A stretch of 64,000 nucleotides of DNA. Origin: Octopus sinensis (Eukaryota). Positions 1-14,209 of this stretch are shown in pieces. The notes below the pieces were generated by a model. It was not told where the DNA came from. It was given only the letters and a program-made list of their open reading frames with translations, and made no database searches. Position numbers and translations under genes: made by a program. The stretch spans positions 67,518,001 through 67,582,000 of the forward strand of contig NC_043003.1 in the NCBI RefSeq assembly GCF_006345805.1, in the 5' to 3' direction. How positions within the stretch are numbered: position 1 is the first letter of the stretch; each line of letters starts with the position of its first letter.

Positions 1-126
1 AAACTTCGCCGACGTGGACTTTGCTTTTTGTCCTTGTGGGGTTGATTATATAATCACAAGTTATACCATTTGTCTGTCGTTGTTTTTCCCCTCTATGTTT
101 AGCACCTTGTGGGCAATAATGAAATA
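1..126 (+). mobile_element. SINE family A fragment
   Basis: Matches the 3' half of 27896-28125. Confidence 0.65.
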
Positions 127-1645
127 AATGTTTATGGTGCCAAATGAAAGAAGGCAGACGTTATTTGTTCAAACACAAGTGATGTACGTAAGAGTTTAAA
201 TACAGTTCACATACTTGAGCCTACACTTGCTGACCTCACCCATCACTGCATGAATACATTCGGTTAATTTCGATGTAAATATATGTGTTGTATCCGCTGC
301 TTTTTTAATCATAACTACTCATCAAGCTAATGATTTCTCCCTCCCGACGGATGAAATTTTAATTAACAATGTTTAAAAACTGTAACTGTTGATCAAACAC
401 ACGCAGGTATTCGCGCGCGCGAACACGTTCACACACACATATAGGCAGACACACACTGAAGCACACAGGGAACGCATATTAGGTTACATTTGTAATAAAA
501 AGTTAATTAATATAAATTTCTTTATAGAATTCCTTTATAGACCAAAAATTGTTAAATAATTGACACGATTAGAAAAGACAAATCGATTACAGTACCAGTA
601 ATCATGTTCCGGTGGTAGGCTGTGAGCACACACCGAAACGAATATCTAATTAAAGTGAATCATTTTAAAAGATGGTTCTTTAATTTTACAGTTTTATTTT
701 ATGCTACTACTAGTTGCTACTTAATTTAGATTATAGTTGACCAGTAAGACACTAGTATTCATGGATCACGGTTAAACGTCCGAAATGTAGAGGATTCATG
801 ACTTACTCTCGATTTACAAGGATATTTGAAAGCCTGAAGCATTGAGGTACTGACCTTGTTCTGAAATTTTCATGCTTCGAATTCTTTCATAGCCATTTTA
901 TCCTTGAAATACCTTCGAATGTCTGAGGTATGCACGAATGCCCAGAAACGACCGTTTATATTCTGTTGTTCTTCGTATTGATGTTTGCTCGAATGTAAAT
1001 GAGAAACATTTTCGTATGTCTTGATGCTTTTGGAATACTTAAGCTAATTTCATTTTTTAGCGCACAAAGCTGTAGCAGAAATTTCAAGAGAATTTCATCT
1101 GATAATCCAGTACTCTGCCCTGTAATGGAAAATATTTCTCAATTCTGGAAATATAAAGAACGAAGTTGACGTCATCTGGAATACACTCAGATGGAGAGAA
1201 GACGAAACACCGACAAAATTCGCAAATATTTATTGGGCATCTCTATATTCAGTAGGTTAAAACCCATTTACATACAGAGAATGTAGGGAATAATTATTGC
1301 CACATATAATTGGAGGTGATAATATAATGAATCTAGAAGTGGGCTTGTGGTAAGTAAATAAAAAGAAATTAAAAATAGTCTACGACTGAAATAATTGTGA
1401 TAATTTCGATACTTGTGTAAAAACACGCTGGTCATGTTTCAGTATCTTATGAAAACCATACTTTGCGAAATGTAGACATCAACGTAATCACATATGAAAT
1501 CTTAGCACGATCATTAATTCAATGCATAATAAATTACACTGGAAGCCATAGAAAAGGAGAAATAAATAGCGTAGACATTTCACTGCTTATTTTTTAATTT
1601 TGTATACATACATACATACATACATACACACACACACATACACAT

Positions 1646-1682
<37 letters not shown>

Positions 1683-2736
1683 ACAGCTTCATTCATATAG
1701 TTATCCAATATGTCTGTCGCATTTTGTCTACGTGCGTTGTAATGCAAACTAAAAATGATCAATAATTTTATGTCTTTGGCAAAATCCTCATTTATGTGAC
1801 TACAATATATTATTTTGTAAACTAGAATTTAGTATGTGTGAGTCTGTGTTTATTTACCTATAAAAGGGCATAATCGTTCATGTGTTTTCCAATATAAATC
1901 AACCATATTCTATCTATGTGATAAAAGTAACATTAAAAAATGATCAATAATTCTATAACTATAGTAAAAACCACTTAAATTAGTTCAGTAAATTTTTGTG
2001 TATTAGTATTATATGATTATAATGTCCATTGCGTGTTTGTATTTCATATGTTAGGGTCACACAGTGAAATACAGCCCATTACTTCAACTCCATTTATATA
2101 GGTTAAATGACTTTGTTAGTATGGTCCATTATTCAACAATATTTTATGAGTTTACAATCGGAAACATTGCATTATATATGTACGCGTTTCGGTATCAAAA
2201 ATTATTCAGCTAACGCCATAGTTTACATCTAAATAAGTCTGAATAATTTAGAGTTTGCAAAAGTAAAGTCTGCTGTAAATTGAAATATTTGAGTTTATTA
2301 AAAGAAGTCAAAAAATATTTAATGAGAATAGTAGATTCAATATTTCTTAACTCTGAGTTATAATCGAGACACGCAAAGGAAATTATATATGAAATTATAC
2401 GAAAATTAATGGTATTAGTTTGAAACTGAAAACATTAATCTTCCTTGAGAAGAAATATTAACGCTAGTATATTTTTATTTGAAATATATAGCAATATCAT
2501 ATTCATGATGGCGTAGGTATCAAATAAAGGTATAGAAATTCTTAAAAATATTATAAGATATCTCATTTATTCTCAATGTATTTACATATGTAGTGTGTCA
2601 GTCATATCTCTATCAACACTATCTATGGAAGCACTTAATCGGTAAGCACAAAGACAGAGGAAGTTATAAAATGTTTCATAACCTTGTTTTTAATGAAACA
2701 AACACTCTGTATCGCAGAGGTTTGTGAACAAACATA

Positions 2737-2782
<46 letters not shown>

Positions 2783-3184
2783 TGCATATATTTCGTTTTT
2801 GGAAGAGAGTCAAGACTATTGAAAAGGTTGCAAGACGCAACAAAAATTTTAGGAAAATACAAAATAAGAAATAAGTGGAAATTTTACTGGCGAGTGTGTT
2901 AAATCACAAGGCACAAAAAGAAAATTACTCTCCCCAGACACAACAGTATATGCATATATATATATATATATATATACGGCTATGCCTGTGTGTGACTGTA
3001 TGTGTGTGCGTGTGTGTTTTTATATGTTTATATAAATTTCTATGTAATATATGTTCATATGAAGAGAGAGAGAGACGGAGAAAGTCAAACTTCGTCTTTT
3101 CATTAATTGCTAATAACGCATGCTCACATATATATGTATTGCTTCATCCCATAAATAATGCAGTTTTCTAATACTTCTTTTTAA

Positions 3185-3640
3185 TTTTGAGGACTACGGA
3201 ATATATGATAATCAGATAGGGCAATGTTCGGTGCATATGGTGGGTGGGGCATCGTTTCCCATTCAAACTACCCCAGCCTCTGGAATGTCATCCTCGCTGC
3301 ATGTTGATTCGGAAAGTTGTGAGGAACTCATTCACCCAATTTTCTTACTTTCCCAATGGAACTCAGGTGTCGATGAATGGGTGAATGACCAAGTCCCAAT
3401 TTCTCTGCTAGTTCCTCAACAATTACGATGAGATGTCTTTTCCACCGAGATTTGATGGACATCCTCGTTGAGCTCTACAGATCTTCCAGGACGAGGCTCG
3501 TCCTCTAGACTGTAGGTTCCGGCTCGGAATTTCTAGAGCTACCGTTGAATACTATTCCACTACCATAGGATGACTCCCAGACAGCAATTCTCCCAACTCA
3601 TCCAGGTAAAGAGAAAAAATAACGCATCCACCCGGCTTTG
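3185..3640 (-). pseudogene. Internally deleted mariner transposase remnant
   Basis: KFRAGTYSLEDEPRPGRSVELNED..ELAEKLGLGHSPIHRHL..GKVRKLG.VPH joined to HAARMTFQRL..WETMPHPPYAPNIALSDYHIFRS (YSPDLAPSD-like). Contains stops and frameshifts. Confidence 0.8.
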
Positions 3641-4130
3641 ATCAACTATATACACGTTTATGGATTAAAGAGAAGTAAAATTTTATTTTTACTCATTTAT
3701 TTCCGTCTTCAGTATAGTATTTCAATTATAAATTCGAGAGTACTAATAATTAAAATATTATTCGACCAAGCGCGATCGAAGTAGCTTATATCCCAGGACT
3801 TCTGAATTTATATAGACGAGTGAGAACACGCATTCTTCCCCAATCACTCACGTGTGCTACAAGTAATCCGGCAGATTCGTTATTTTTTCTCTTTACCTGC
3901 GTGAGTTGTGAGTATTGCTGGCTGGTAGTTATCTTATGGTAGTGCAATATTATCTAACTACTATTTCTAAATTTCGGTATATGGTGAAGCAATTTTTCTG
4001 AACCCTAATTATAATTATACTTATAATCATAGAATTTTTGTATAAAGTTACCGATAATAGTTCTTCTAACATAACGAACTACTTGGTAAAATTATTAATT
4101 ATTAATTGATTAATTAATTTTACCCGTATT

Positions 4131-4190
4131 TATGTATGTATGTATGTATGTATGTATGTATGTATGTATGTATGTATGTATGTATGTATG
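4131..4190. repeat. (TATG)n microsatellite
   Basis: Direct reading. Confidence 0.95.
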
Positions 4191-4202
4191 CATATATCTA
4201 TA

Positions 4203-4767
4203 CAGGGTGCGATGGATAAATTATCGCCATTTCATACCTTTCATTTCACGCAGGCACATTGCGTGTTTTGGGATTTGTCGACTACACAATACAGAATAGT
4301 TGGTTGGGCACCGTTTGTGCGAAAAACACCACCATGTCGCAATTAACTCTGCCAGAAGTTTGGAAATGACATGCTGTACAGGTTGGTATTTACTTCAGAA
4401 GCTCCAATACGAATATTTCAGAGTGCTTGGGTGTCAATCTGAGGACACTGCAATCTGAGGATATGTACCGAGTGTGGTGAAAAATCAAGCATCCAATCAA
4501 CATCATGATGTTTGATGTGATCACTAGTAATGGTGTTATGCATCCATTTATCTTCCCACACTGCCTCAGACTCAGAAGAGAGGCCTATATCATGTGCCTG
4601 GAGGAGGTAGTGCTATCTTCGGTCATAGCGATTTAATGGAATAAATTTACTCTGAAGTATTTCAAGATATTTCCATGTAATTTTGATAAGTATATCTACT
4701 AAAGTGAGATTTCAGTGTTATTTTTATGTTTGCGCAATTTAGACGACAGTTATTTCACCACACCCTG
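4203..4767 (+). mobile_element. Non-autonomous Tc1-like element
   Basis: TA|CAGGGTG...CACCCTG|TA ends and transposase remnant HPINIMMFDVITSNG..PFIFP. Confidence 0.75.
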
Positions 4768-4827
4768 TATATATATATGTGTGTATGTATGAATGTATGT
4801 ATGTATGTATGTATGTATGTATGTATG

Positions 4828-4860
<33 letters not shown>

Positions 4861-5459
4861 ATGTATATATATACATATACATACATACATACATACACAC
4901 ATACGTACATACATGCATACATATATGCACGTGTTTGTGTATGTGTGTGTGTGTGTTCTCTATCTGCATTAGTGCGTTCGTGGTAAAGTAGATGAATCTA
5001 TTTCCGCACCCAATTCGGAATTTTGAAGCAGCAGTTAGCTCTTCAGACGTCCGCTATGCAACCAAGTATTCATGGCACCATGAAACCTCCTCAACGATAA
5101 AACTCCTATGCAGCATTTTATGTGTCACACATACAATAGAATCGCTATAGGGAACTAAATGCTAGCAAAGGGTAAGTTCATCTTAGGCTCTGTTCCCTAT
5201 GCTGGTTGCAGTATATCGCAATAGCATCAGTATTATTTCATGTGTATTTAACACCCCATTCTTTGTAACTTCATGACTTTCATACATGAAATTTACTCAT
5301 TGTTTTATAGCCTTGAATTTGGTAGCCATTCGGATTTAATGATATAGATGTGATTTATTAAAGCGAAACACCGAAGAAAGCGAGGTTGGGCATTACGAAA
5401 GTCACAATAACGCAGTTAAACGATCATAGCAGCATTTTATAATGTGTATTGTGTGCAAC

Positions 5460-5690
<231 letters not shown>

Positions 5691-5769
5691 ACATATGTAT
5701 ATCACTAGTTCCTAATCTAGTGAACGCTAACTGTGTGGAAGATACAAACATGGAGAAATTGAAATTAAA

Positions 5770-6197
5770 CATATGTAGCCCTATGCCTTGCCACACAATC
5801 AGGAGGACCCAGTCATGGCTGACAGATAATTTCTGAGACCACATCTCCCCTAGCATACGGCCACCTATATCTCCAGGGTATACACCACTTGATTAATATG
5901 TCCGAAGCGCAGTTGGTCAGGAGACCAACAAAACTCCTTGGAATCGCCAAGTTGATCTGAAGGCAAGAATTATGGTAATATTCACCAACTTAAACAAGAT
6001 CATCTATAAGATTTGCAGAAGATTTCGATGTCATCTGGAGGCCGAGTTTGAAACCAATGGCAAATTTATCAAATGAATTTACTCTATAGCATTTCAAGAT
6101 ATTCCTATGCAATTTTGATAAATGTATCTATTAAAATAAGAAGATAGTGTTATTTTCCTTTTTGAGTAATTTAGACGACAATATATTCACCGCACTG
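5770..6197 (+). mobile_element. Tc1-like transposase 3' fragment
   Basis: HTIRRTQSWL..PP.SP...PLD.YV..ETNKTP..LKARIMVIFTNLNK..CRRFR.HLEA..NGKFI*. The 3' end resembles 4640-4767. Confidence 0.75.
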
Positions 6198-6214
6198 TAT
6201 ATATTCATACATAT

Positions 6215-6257
<43 letters not shown>

Positions 6258-6302
6258 TTGTATGAGTGTGTCTGTGTGTCTGTGTGTGTGCGTGTGTGTG
6301 TG

Positions 6303-6342
<40 letters not shown>

Positions 6343-8481
6343 TGTGCGTGTGAGCGTATACACACACATACCTTTATTAAAATCTTTTTAATTATTTTGT
6401 TATATTTTTATAGCAGACTCTAAAGATTTGTCGGCTCTAAACATATTTCAAATCGAATAGATACAATAAAGTGTAATGTTATAAGAAATCACTGTGGAAT
6501 CATACACTCATGTATTTGATTAGATGGGGAAATTAAAGAGATTTTATAAATCTAATAAATTTAAACACTAAATTGTATTTATACTATTTCTCTTCTAAAT
6601 GATATGTATTTCCAGTAATACAATTTTAAAGTATGTTTTTCCTAATTTTCCTTTAAAGAACATTAATTTATTCAATAGTTTCCATAAATTATAGCGCCAT
6701 CTAATAATGAAAATACTTAAATTGTGATAGGTAATAATAATACAAGAAATTCAAATTTGATTTATTTTTATAATTTCGAATAAAAATATAACAGTGATGC
6801 GTTTAGCTATTAGGATAGCGAGCGATTAAAATGTAAGTCTAGGAGGTCCGTAGACTTATTGCATTTATGCCCATCTTTAAACCTGCTCTTATTCTAGATC
6901 TCATACAATGTATATTTTTGCAAAATATCTCTTAAAAAAAACAACGATAAAGTTTGAGGCGTTTCATATGATCTAGCTATAGATTTTTATCAAGCGTGCG
7001 ATACAGTCAACTTTGGTTAAGTCAGTGTATATAAGCGATAACTAATATTCCTTTTATATATTTCATTTCCTATAAAACCTCCATAATTCTTTTAGTATTA
7101 TAGTCACAAAAGTATGTCTAGAGTTCAACAGCTATCAATATTTCATTTCAAAAAACTATACAATGTATGAAAAACATAATGTTCGAAATAATGCATGTTA
7201 TCTCAATACTGAATGCAGAATAACGAAACTACGAATTTTATAAAATATATATATCACCTTAGAAGTCAACTATTTTGTGACCTATTTCTAGGACGTAAGA
7301 TTATCGATCGTGTCGAAATACAATGTCGAAATATAGTACATTTATCACTCATCCTGTCCTTACGTACCAATATTGCTCTAACGTGCTTATCACAGTTTTC
7401 ATACCGAGACGCATATTAGTGGTATCTCATCCAGTGAATATGAAACTAGTTTATCGCATGCCTTTTAATCATTTCAAACAACATTGAGTGGTTTATTTCA
7501 CAGACTGTTATGAACTTTGCTATATTGGGTCCCGGGTTTTTTACTCGCATTTATATGACGACTTATTGCATACATGGTGATATTAAGCAAGAAGCAGACT
7601 TTCAAATTCAAAGTAGACGTTTTCTACAAGTCCCACATAGAATGATGCTTTTCTATAAAGCACCATGAAAGCACGTAGATATACGCATGCAGGTACATTC
7701 GCACATGCTCATGCAAATACCCATGCACACATGCAAACATATATCATAAGCACAAATATAGGAAAGCATGTGCTCATGTCTCTGATCGTGAGATTCTGTC
7801 TGTATCCATGTATGGGTGCAGTTTTGTGTTAAAATCTGAAACCACGGTGGCATTGTTTATGTTTGTTTTTTTTTTTTTCATATAAAAATAAAAACAGCTG
7901 TCAGTAGTACACTATATATGAGATAAGAATCTTGTAATATCTGGAGGTACATGAAAGTATATATTCCCACGTTTATCTATACCGAATGTCATAAATAAAT
8001 GTCGGTGTAGAATAGTATTTAAATATGGAATTATAATATCGAAATGCATTATTTGCTTTTATAAAAGATTAACAGAGATTTTGAAATTAAGAAGTTTGAG
8101 AGAGTTTCTACTCGAATGCCTTTAGGCTTAGATTAGATTAAATGAATAAAATAAAGTGATCGCGAAACATGATCTTTGCCTTAATACCATTATCTGAACA
8201 TATCATGAAGCTTGGTAAATAGAAAATTAACTACACTCAGACTCACATACATACATATACACACAGAGACACACTCGAACACACACAAGCACAAACACAC
8301 ACATACATTTATACAGGCACGCCTTGTGTCACTACTCTCACATCTCGGCGCCACATTAATACTACGCACATAAACAGTGGCAACACTCTTGCAGCAATTA
8401 GACAGATTCATTAGAGCGTTAGATAGAGTGCTTATATCATATTTGTACACTCTGAGTTCAATATCAGGCATGATCAATACC

Positions 8482-8711
8482 TATTTCTTTATTACCCAAA
8501 AGGAGCTAAACACAGAGGGGACAACCAAGGACAGACATAGGTATTAAGTCGATTACATCGACCCCAGTGCGTAACTGGTACTTAATTTATCGACCCCGAA
8601 AGGATGAAAGGCAAAGTCAACCTCGGCGGAATTTGAACTCACAACGTAACGCAGACGAAATACCGCTAAGCCTTTCGCCCGGCGTGCTAAAGTTTCTGCC
8701 AGCTCGCCGCC
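8482..8711 (-). mobile_element. tRNA-derived SINE family A, full length
   Basis: Reverse complement of 27896-28125, with A-box-like TGGCAGAAACG and B-box-like GTT(G/C)AAATTCC. Confidence 0.8.
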
Positions 8712-8863
8712 TTGATCAATACTGCTTTCGATACATTTGGATAGATGAAAAAAGTATCATCCTTGCGCGGTGATTTGGTGCAACTGCTTGAGGGTGGAGC
8801 ACGTTTTTTTATGTAGTGCCAGAAGCGCTCGCTAGAGCTGTTGTCAAAACGTATGTGCCCAAG

Positions 8864-9076
8864 CTCTTTTACTCTTTTACTCTTTTACTCGTTTCAGTCA
8901 TTTGACTGTGGCCATACTGGAGCACCGCCGTTAGTTGAGCAAATTGACCCCAGGACTTATTCTTTAGCAGCCTGGAACTTATTTTATCGTTCTCGTTTGC
9001 AGAACCGCTAACTCACGGTGACATACATACACCAGCATCTGTTGTCAAGTGATGTTGTGGGACAAACAAAGACACA

Positions 9077-9159
<83 letters not shown>

Positions 9160-9321
9160 GACGGGCTTCTTTCAGTTTCTGTGTACCAAATCTACTCAGA
9201 AGTATTTGGTCGACCCGAGCCTATAGAAGAAGATTTCGCCCCATGTGCCACGCAGAGGGACTGAACCCGGAACTATGTGGTTCGTGAGCAAGCTACTTAC
9301 CACACAGTCACTCCTACGCCT
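8864..9321 (-). mobile_element. tRNA-derived SINE family B with internal (TA)n/(TG)n
   Basis: Reverse complement of 61609-61958, with (cttttact)n tail. Confidence 0.8.
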
Positions 9322-9977
9322 AGCTGATGGCCTTGCACTTACATATCAGAAGCTTTGCTCTCACGGGCAATGATACTCCTCCTTAAATAATATCGTCTAG
9401 GCCTCTGAATACATGTGCACATGCATGGTCACCATTGATTAGCAAGGCCTTATACATTGTATTACTGGGCCTGTAATTATAGAGTGATGACAGAAATAAA
9501 ATACGTTTATTTTCAAACAATGATAAATAATATGAGCTTATCTTAGTTGGTCACCCAGCTCCGTAGCATTAACTGGAGCTAGATTTATGCATTCCCATGT
9601 CTGATCAAGATATGAAGAACGACAACAAAATATCTTTTATAAAAGTTGTACAAAGATAAACAGAAAGAGTTAGCAACGAGAAGCTTATAGGTCATCGCAT
9701 AATATATGATGTTTCATTTTATATTAACGCATTTAGTTTGAATCAGTATATTTTTCTTAAGCGTAAGCAAGTAATCTACTGCTTGAACTGAAACTATATA
9801 ACCACGTGAGGCGTTCAATTAGGATGAGATATATACTCATGCAAATAAACAAGGTTGCAGAATTTATAAGTGGAAGATTTGTTTCCGCTACAACCAATAA
9901 CTATATAAGCAGTGATTTGTTGCTACTCTTAGTTTTGTTAGAGTTGGTGTTGGTAGTGGGAATTTATGGCACTGGTA

Positions 9978-9993
9978 ATGGTGGTGGTGGTGG

Positions 9994-10037
<44 letters not shown>
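9978..10037. repeat. (TGG)n-(TAG)n compound microsatellite
   Basis: Direct reading. Confidence 0.9.
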
Positions 10038-10038
<1 letters not shown>

Positions 10039-10892
10039 TAATCGACTTCAGCACCTGATACCTACTGCTAGAAATTGGTATGAAATTAATGCGAAGATAA
10101 TTACAAAGAATGCTCGAAGTAGAAACGTTAGAGTTTGGGTTTTCTGTTAGTTTTCTGAGTTGTGCATTATTGATGCTTCACCTTCCAGCGAATGAATAAT
10201 TGATGCGATTTGCTTTAAGTGCAATCTCACTCTTTTCTTTTTGCACATTCGCTAACATCAAACTTGCCCCCCCCACACACACACACAGAGAAGAATATAC
10301 ACATATCTGTACCTGTGTATGTATTGTTCTCCTTGTGTTTTTCATTCTTTATGTTCTGTATGTCCGTGTGTCTGTATATGAACATTATATATTTTCCAAT
10401 ATTATTTACTAGGATTCTGAAAGGATTTAATACCATTCAAGTAACTGTGTTAGTGCCGAGTTTGAAAATATAAAGCATAAATTATTGAAATTTATTTCAC
10501 TATTTCGTAACACTAATCAGATCCGTCTGATATGCAGCAGAAAGGAATAAAAAGATTAGTCGGTATTTTTTAAAGCATAATACAATCATATAATTATATT
10601 GCATGTTAGATCCTTTTTACTTAGAACATAACGTGTTAACTTACTTCAATCTGATTACAGTACTACAACTAGAGCAGACTCTTGTCTTCATATATGTTTA
10701 AGCTAACATCATTTCCACATAAGACACAAGATTTTCGCATCTGTCGCCATTGTTTTTCTATTCTTTATTTCTTTACTAATTGCTATACACATAACGTGGC
10801 GCCAACGTGATTCCTTTCGTACACATTTACCTTTACTTTTACGCCCTTTCCAGCTGATGAAGGAGAATCCCATGTGTTGTTCTCACTAAAAT

Positions 10893-11172
10893 CAATTCAA
10901 TTCAATTCAATTCAATTTTTATTGGCTCAAAAAGCAAAAGCAAGGCCATGTAGGAGGACAGGGAGTTCTGTACAGGGAGGGTGGTCATACAAAGAGTTCA
11001 GGCCATTTCTGGTCAAGAGAGACTTTGAACCGAGCGGTAGTCGGCATTTTCACTATCTCGTCCGGCAGCTTATTCCACAGATCCGCAACCCGGACAGAGA
11101 AAGCTTCTCTCCTTCGATTGAGATGAAATCGTCGTAGATAGAGCTTTTCGGAGTGACCCCGGAGTCCACGCT
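10893..11172 (-). mobile_element. 5'-truncated CR1-type LINE 3' end
   Basis: Open frame 10985-11170: RGLRGHSEKLYLRRFHLNRRREAFSVRVADLWNKLPDEIVKMPTTARFKVSLDQKWPELFV*, followed by a (TTGAA)n tail. Confidence 0.8.
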
Positions 11173-13818
11173 CTTACAGAAAGCCTGTAAGTGCAATGGC
11201 CTCAGTAAGTCCTTCCAATGTCTACCATGAACGATGCCAGCCTAAATTAATGTTCTAAATATTTGATTTCTTATTAGCAGGCGTAAAGTTAAGTTTCAAA
11301 TCACGTGGGAAGAACTGTCAATAAAAACAACTACTGTTGCATATATCTTTTTCTATGCCGGAGGCATAAGAGACGTAGACGACTTTAGGCAGTTGAAACA
11401 AATCCACCTTTCCCCAGTTGTATGTGCAGCTCTGTTACTGCTTTCTTCAACAACGTCCTGCAGGAGTGAAAAATATATATAAATAAAAAAAACATATAAA
11501 TCATTATTTAATTACACAAAATACTAATTTACCACTTTCCTTGTAACCTAAAGTACGAAGCTTGTGAATTTGAATTGTAAATTAATGAAATCACCCTATA
11601 AATCATGCACTCTCCCGGGCTTTATGAAATAATTATATGTAAAATATATTTCTGAACAACGTAGTTATCTATATTATAGGAAATACTGTCGCCTAATTTA
11701 CATTTAAAGATCAACTTAATGCTTCGTAGATAATATATGATGTTCATCAAATTTATGTTGATGTTGAGATATTGATGATAATAAAAGATTTTGCTGATAA
11801 AAATGGCTATTTTTGTTAAACATTTAATAACAAGATGACATAAGTATATTTATTGTCAATAACTTCCCCAAACTGATTACAACGATTACATTTAATATTC
11901 ACTGGCAAATTTCCTGTATCATAGTTTACAGCACCATAACTTTCAGGACAAAAACTTGTGAGAATATAGAGAAAAAATGTATTTCCCTAATTTTAGTGGG
12001 ACCCCCTACTCCTTTATCTTGCACCACGTTTAATCTCTTGTGGACAGGAATTTATATATGTTTCTAACGTTTGTTTTCAGTATTTTTGTTTATAATTATG
12101 TCAATGGCTATTTTACAATCCCTATCAATTTTCCATTTACCAAAACCTCGAGAATAGAATTTCCTTAAAGCTCAAGAGATCCAGCATGGAATGGGATAAT
12201 ATTATTTTCTTTGTGGAGGCAGAATCTGATTCTACATTGTCCTTTGCATTTCAAAAGATTAAAAATTCAGTTACGATGACAAATAACCGAAAAGATAAAT
12301 TTCCAAAACCATTTCCTGCAAATTTCCGAATAATTATCATTGATTTACGAGTAGACATTAGCAAAGAGATACATGATACTGTTGTACAGCCCATTAATTA
12401 CTTTCATACATATAATGCAAATTCAAAAATAATGTTGGGGTTCTACTTTGAATGCAAGGATTTCGTTCAACGCAAACAACACGCCCACTTAAGCACACAC
12501 TCAAGCACACGCACACACACTCAAGCACACGCACACACACACGTCACACATACGCATGTACACATACTTTTCTATATATACATATATATATATAATCATA
12601 TATCTGAACTGTGTGTGTGTTGTGTATGTACTTCCCAAGTTCTCATGTTCTAAACTGAATTTACCTAACGAAATCAATTGAGAACTACTTCTAAAATGTC
12701 AAGAAGTGAATGCATATTTGTCCGGGTAATAAATGGTTTATCAGAGACCAAGAAGAATATTACACTCAGCATAATTTACTAGAAACTTGTGTTCTACTGA
12801 TTTTAAATATCCAAAGTTGCATTTGGAGACCACGAGATTGAAATGATTCACCTGGAGTTGACTTGGAATTCGGAATACATGGGTAGAACATATGAATCAT
12901 ACCTCAATGCAGAGCAATATGCATCGAGTTTGTAACACATTTCCTCTTCAAACATGCCATGAATCTAAAATCTTCCTCTCTAATGAAATCTATCGATATT
13001 CCGAAATTATTTATGAAATATCATAGCTTGTTAAATATGTGAAGAAAGGTAGGGCATAGTCTCAAAACATTGAAATTGTTTATGCACAGTGGAAAAATAT
13101 CCTTTTTCTATTATTATTCTGTGGTACTTCACTCGGAGTCGATAGCGCAAGCATTGCGAAATCTGTATCGATTATAGACAAAAATTTTAGAATAATTGAA
13201 ATAAAACAGAAATTTTCTTAACAATTTCGTATTGATTTTTTGTTCAATTTACATTGTAAAGACAACTAATGACACTTTTGGTATTCAGAATTGTATTATT
13301 GAAAAAAGAAAACATAAAGAATTAACTCAAAACAAACCACAAAAACAATATCAATAATAATATTAAGAATATATGAATGAATAAATAAAAGAATATTGTT
13401 ATCTCTATCATTGTTTTTGCTGGTAGCAGCAAAAAGATGAGAGAAAACCATGAGAGGATAGAAGAACAATAAAAATAATAATATAATGATGGGGATTAGA
13501 ATGCAAAAAGGGGTTAACGAAAAATATGTGTGTATGAGAAAGAAGGCTAGCTAAAGAGTGGGGAAAATACTAAGAAGAAGAGAAGAAGAAATCTAGAGTG
13601 ATATCATTACCAGCAATCACTAAGAGAAAAGAAATTTATGGAGAAAATTGCTTGATGGCTGAAACAGAGGTTAAATTTGTGAATGTATATTATTATTATC
13701 TTTTCGTTTATATGTCATTGAAATATCGGAAAAAATGTTCAGAAGGAATGTTAAAAGTGTTGATGCATACGTAATCCTGTATGTAAACTAATTGGATTCA
13801 CGGAGAATTAACAAATGT

Positions 13819-14209
13819 GGAAACAAAATGCCAGGTTGTGTTTAGTATAAGACTAGAGCGTTAGATAGTTTTGTTCAACACAATAGATGTGTAGACATTA
13901 TCATCTTGATGAGGTAATTCTTTTGTTTGTGATTTATATTAGTTCTCACAATTATTTCACATCCTCACATGTAAGGGAAAAGAAAATCGTTAGAACCGTC
14001 AACAATGGGAGGGAAACAAAATACCAGGTTGTGTTTAGTATAAGTCTAGAACGTTAGATAGTTTTGTTCAACACAATAGATGTGTAGACATTATCATCTT
14101 GATGAGGTAATTCTTTTGTTTGTGATTTATATTAGTTCTCCCAATTATTTCACATCCTCACATGTAAGGGAAAAGAAAGTCGTTAGAACCGTTAACAATG
14201 GGAGGGAAA
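13819..14209. repeat. Tandem duplication, 2 x 193 bp
   Basis: Units start ggaaacaaaat at 13819 and 14012. About 6 differences. ggaaa microhomology at all three boundaries. Confidence 0.9.

Noticed and set aside
8620-8711. SINE heads as tRNA genes
   Set aside because: A/B boxes are present but there is no closed cloverleaf, and each continues into a SINE body.
12186-12653. 155-aa ORF
   Set aside because: It runs into a CA/TA microsatellite, and the N-terminal part has no recognisable domain or splice support.
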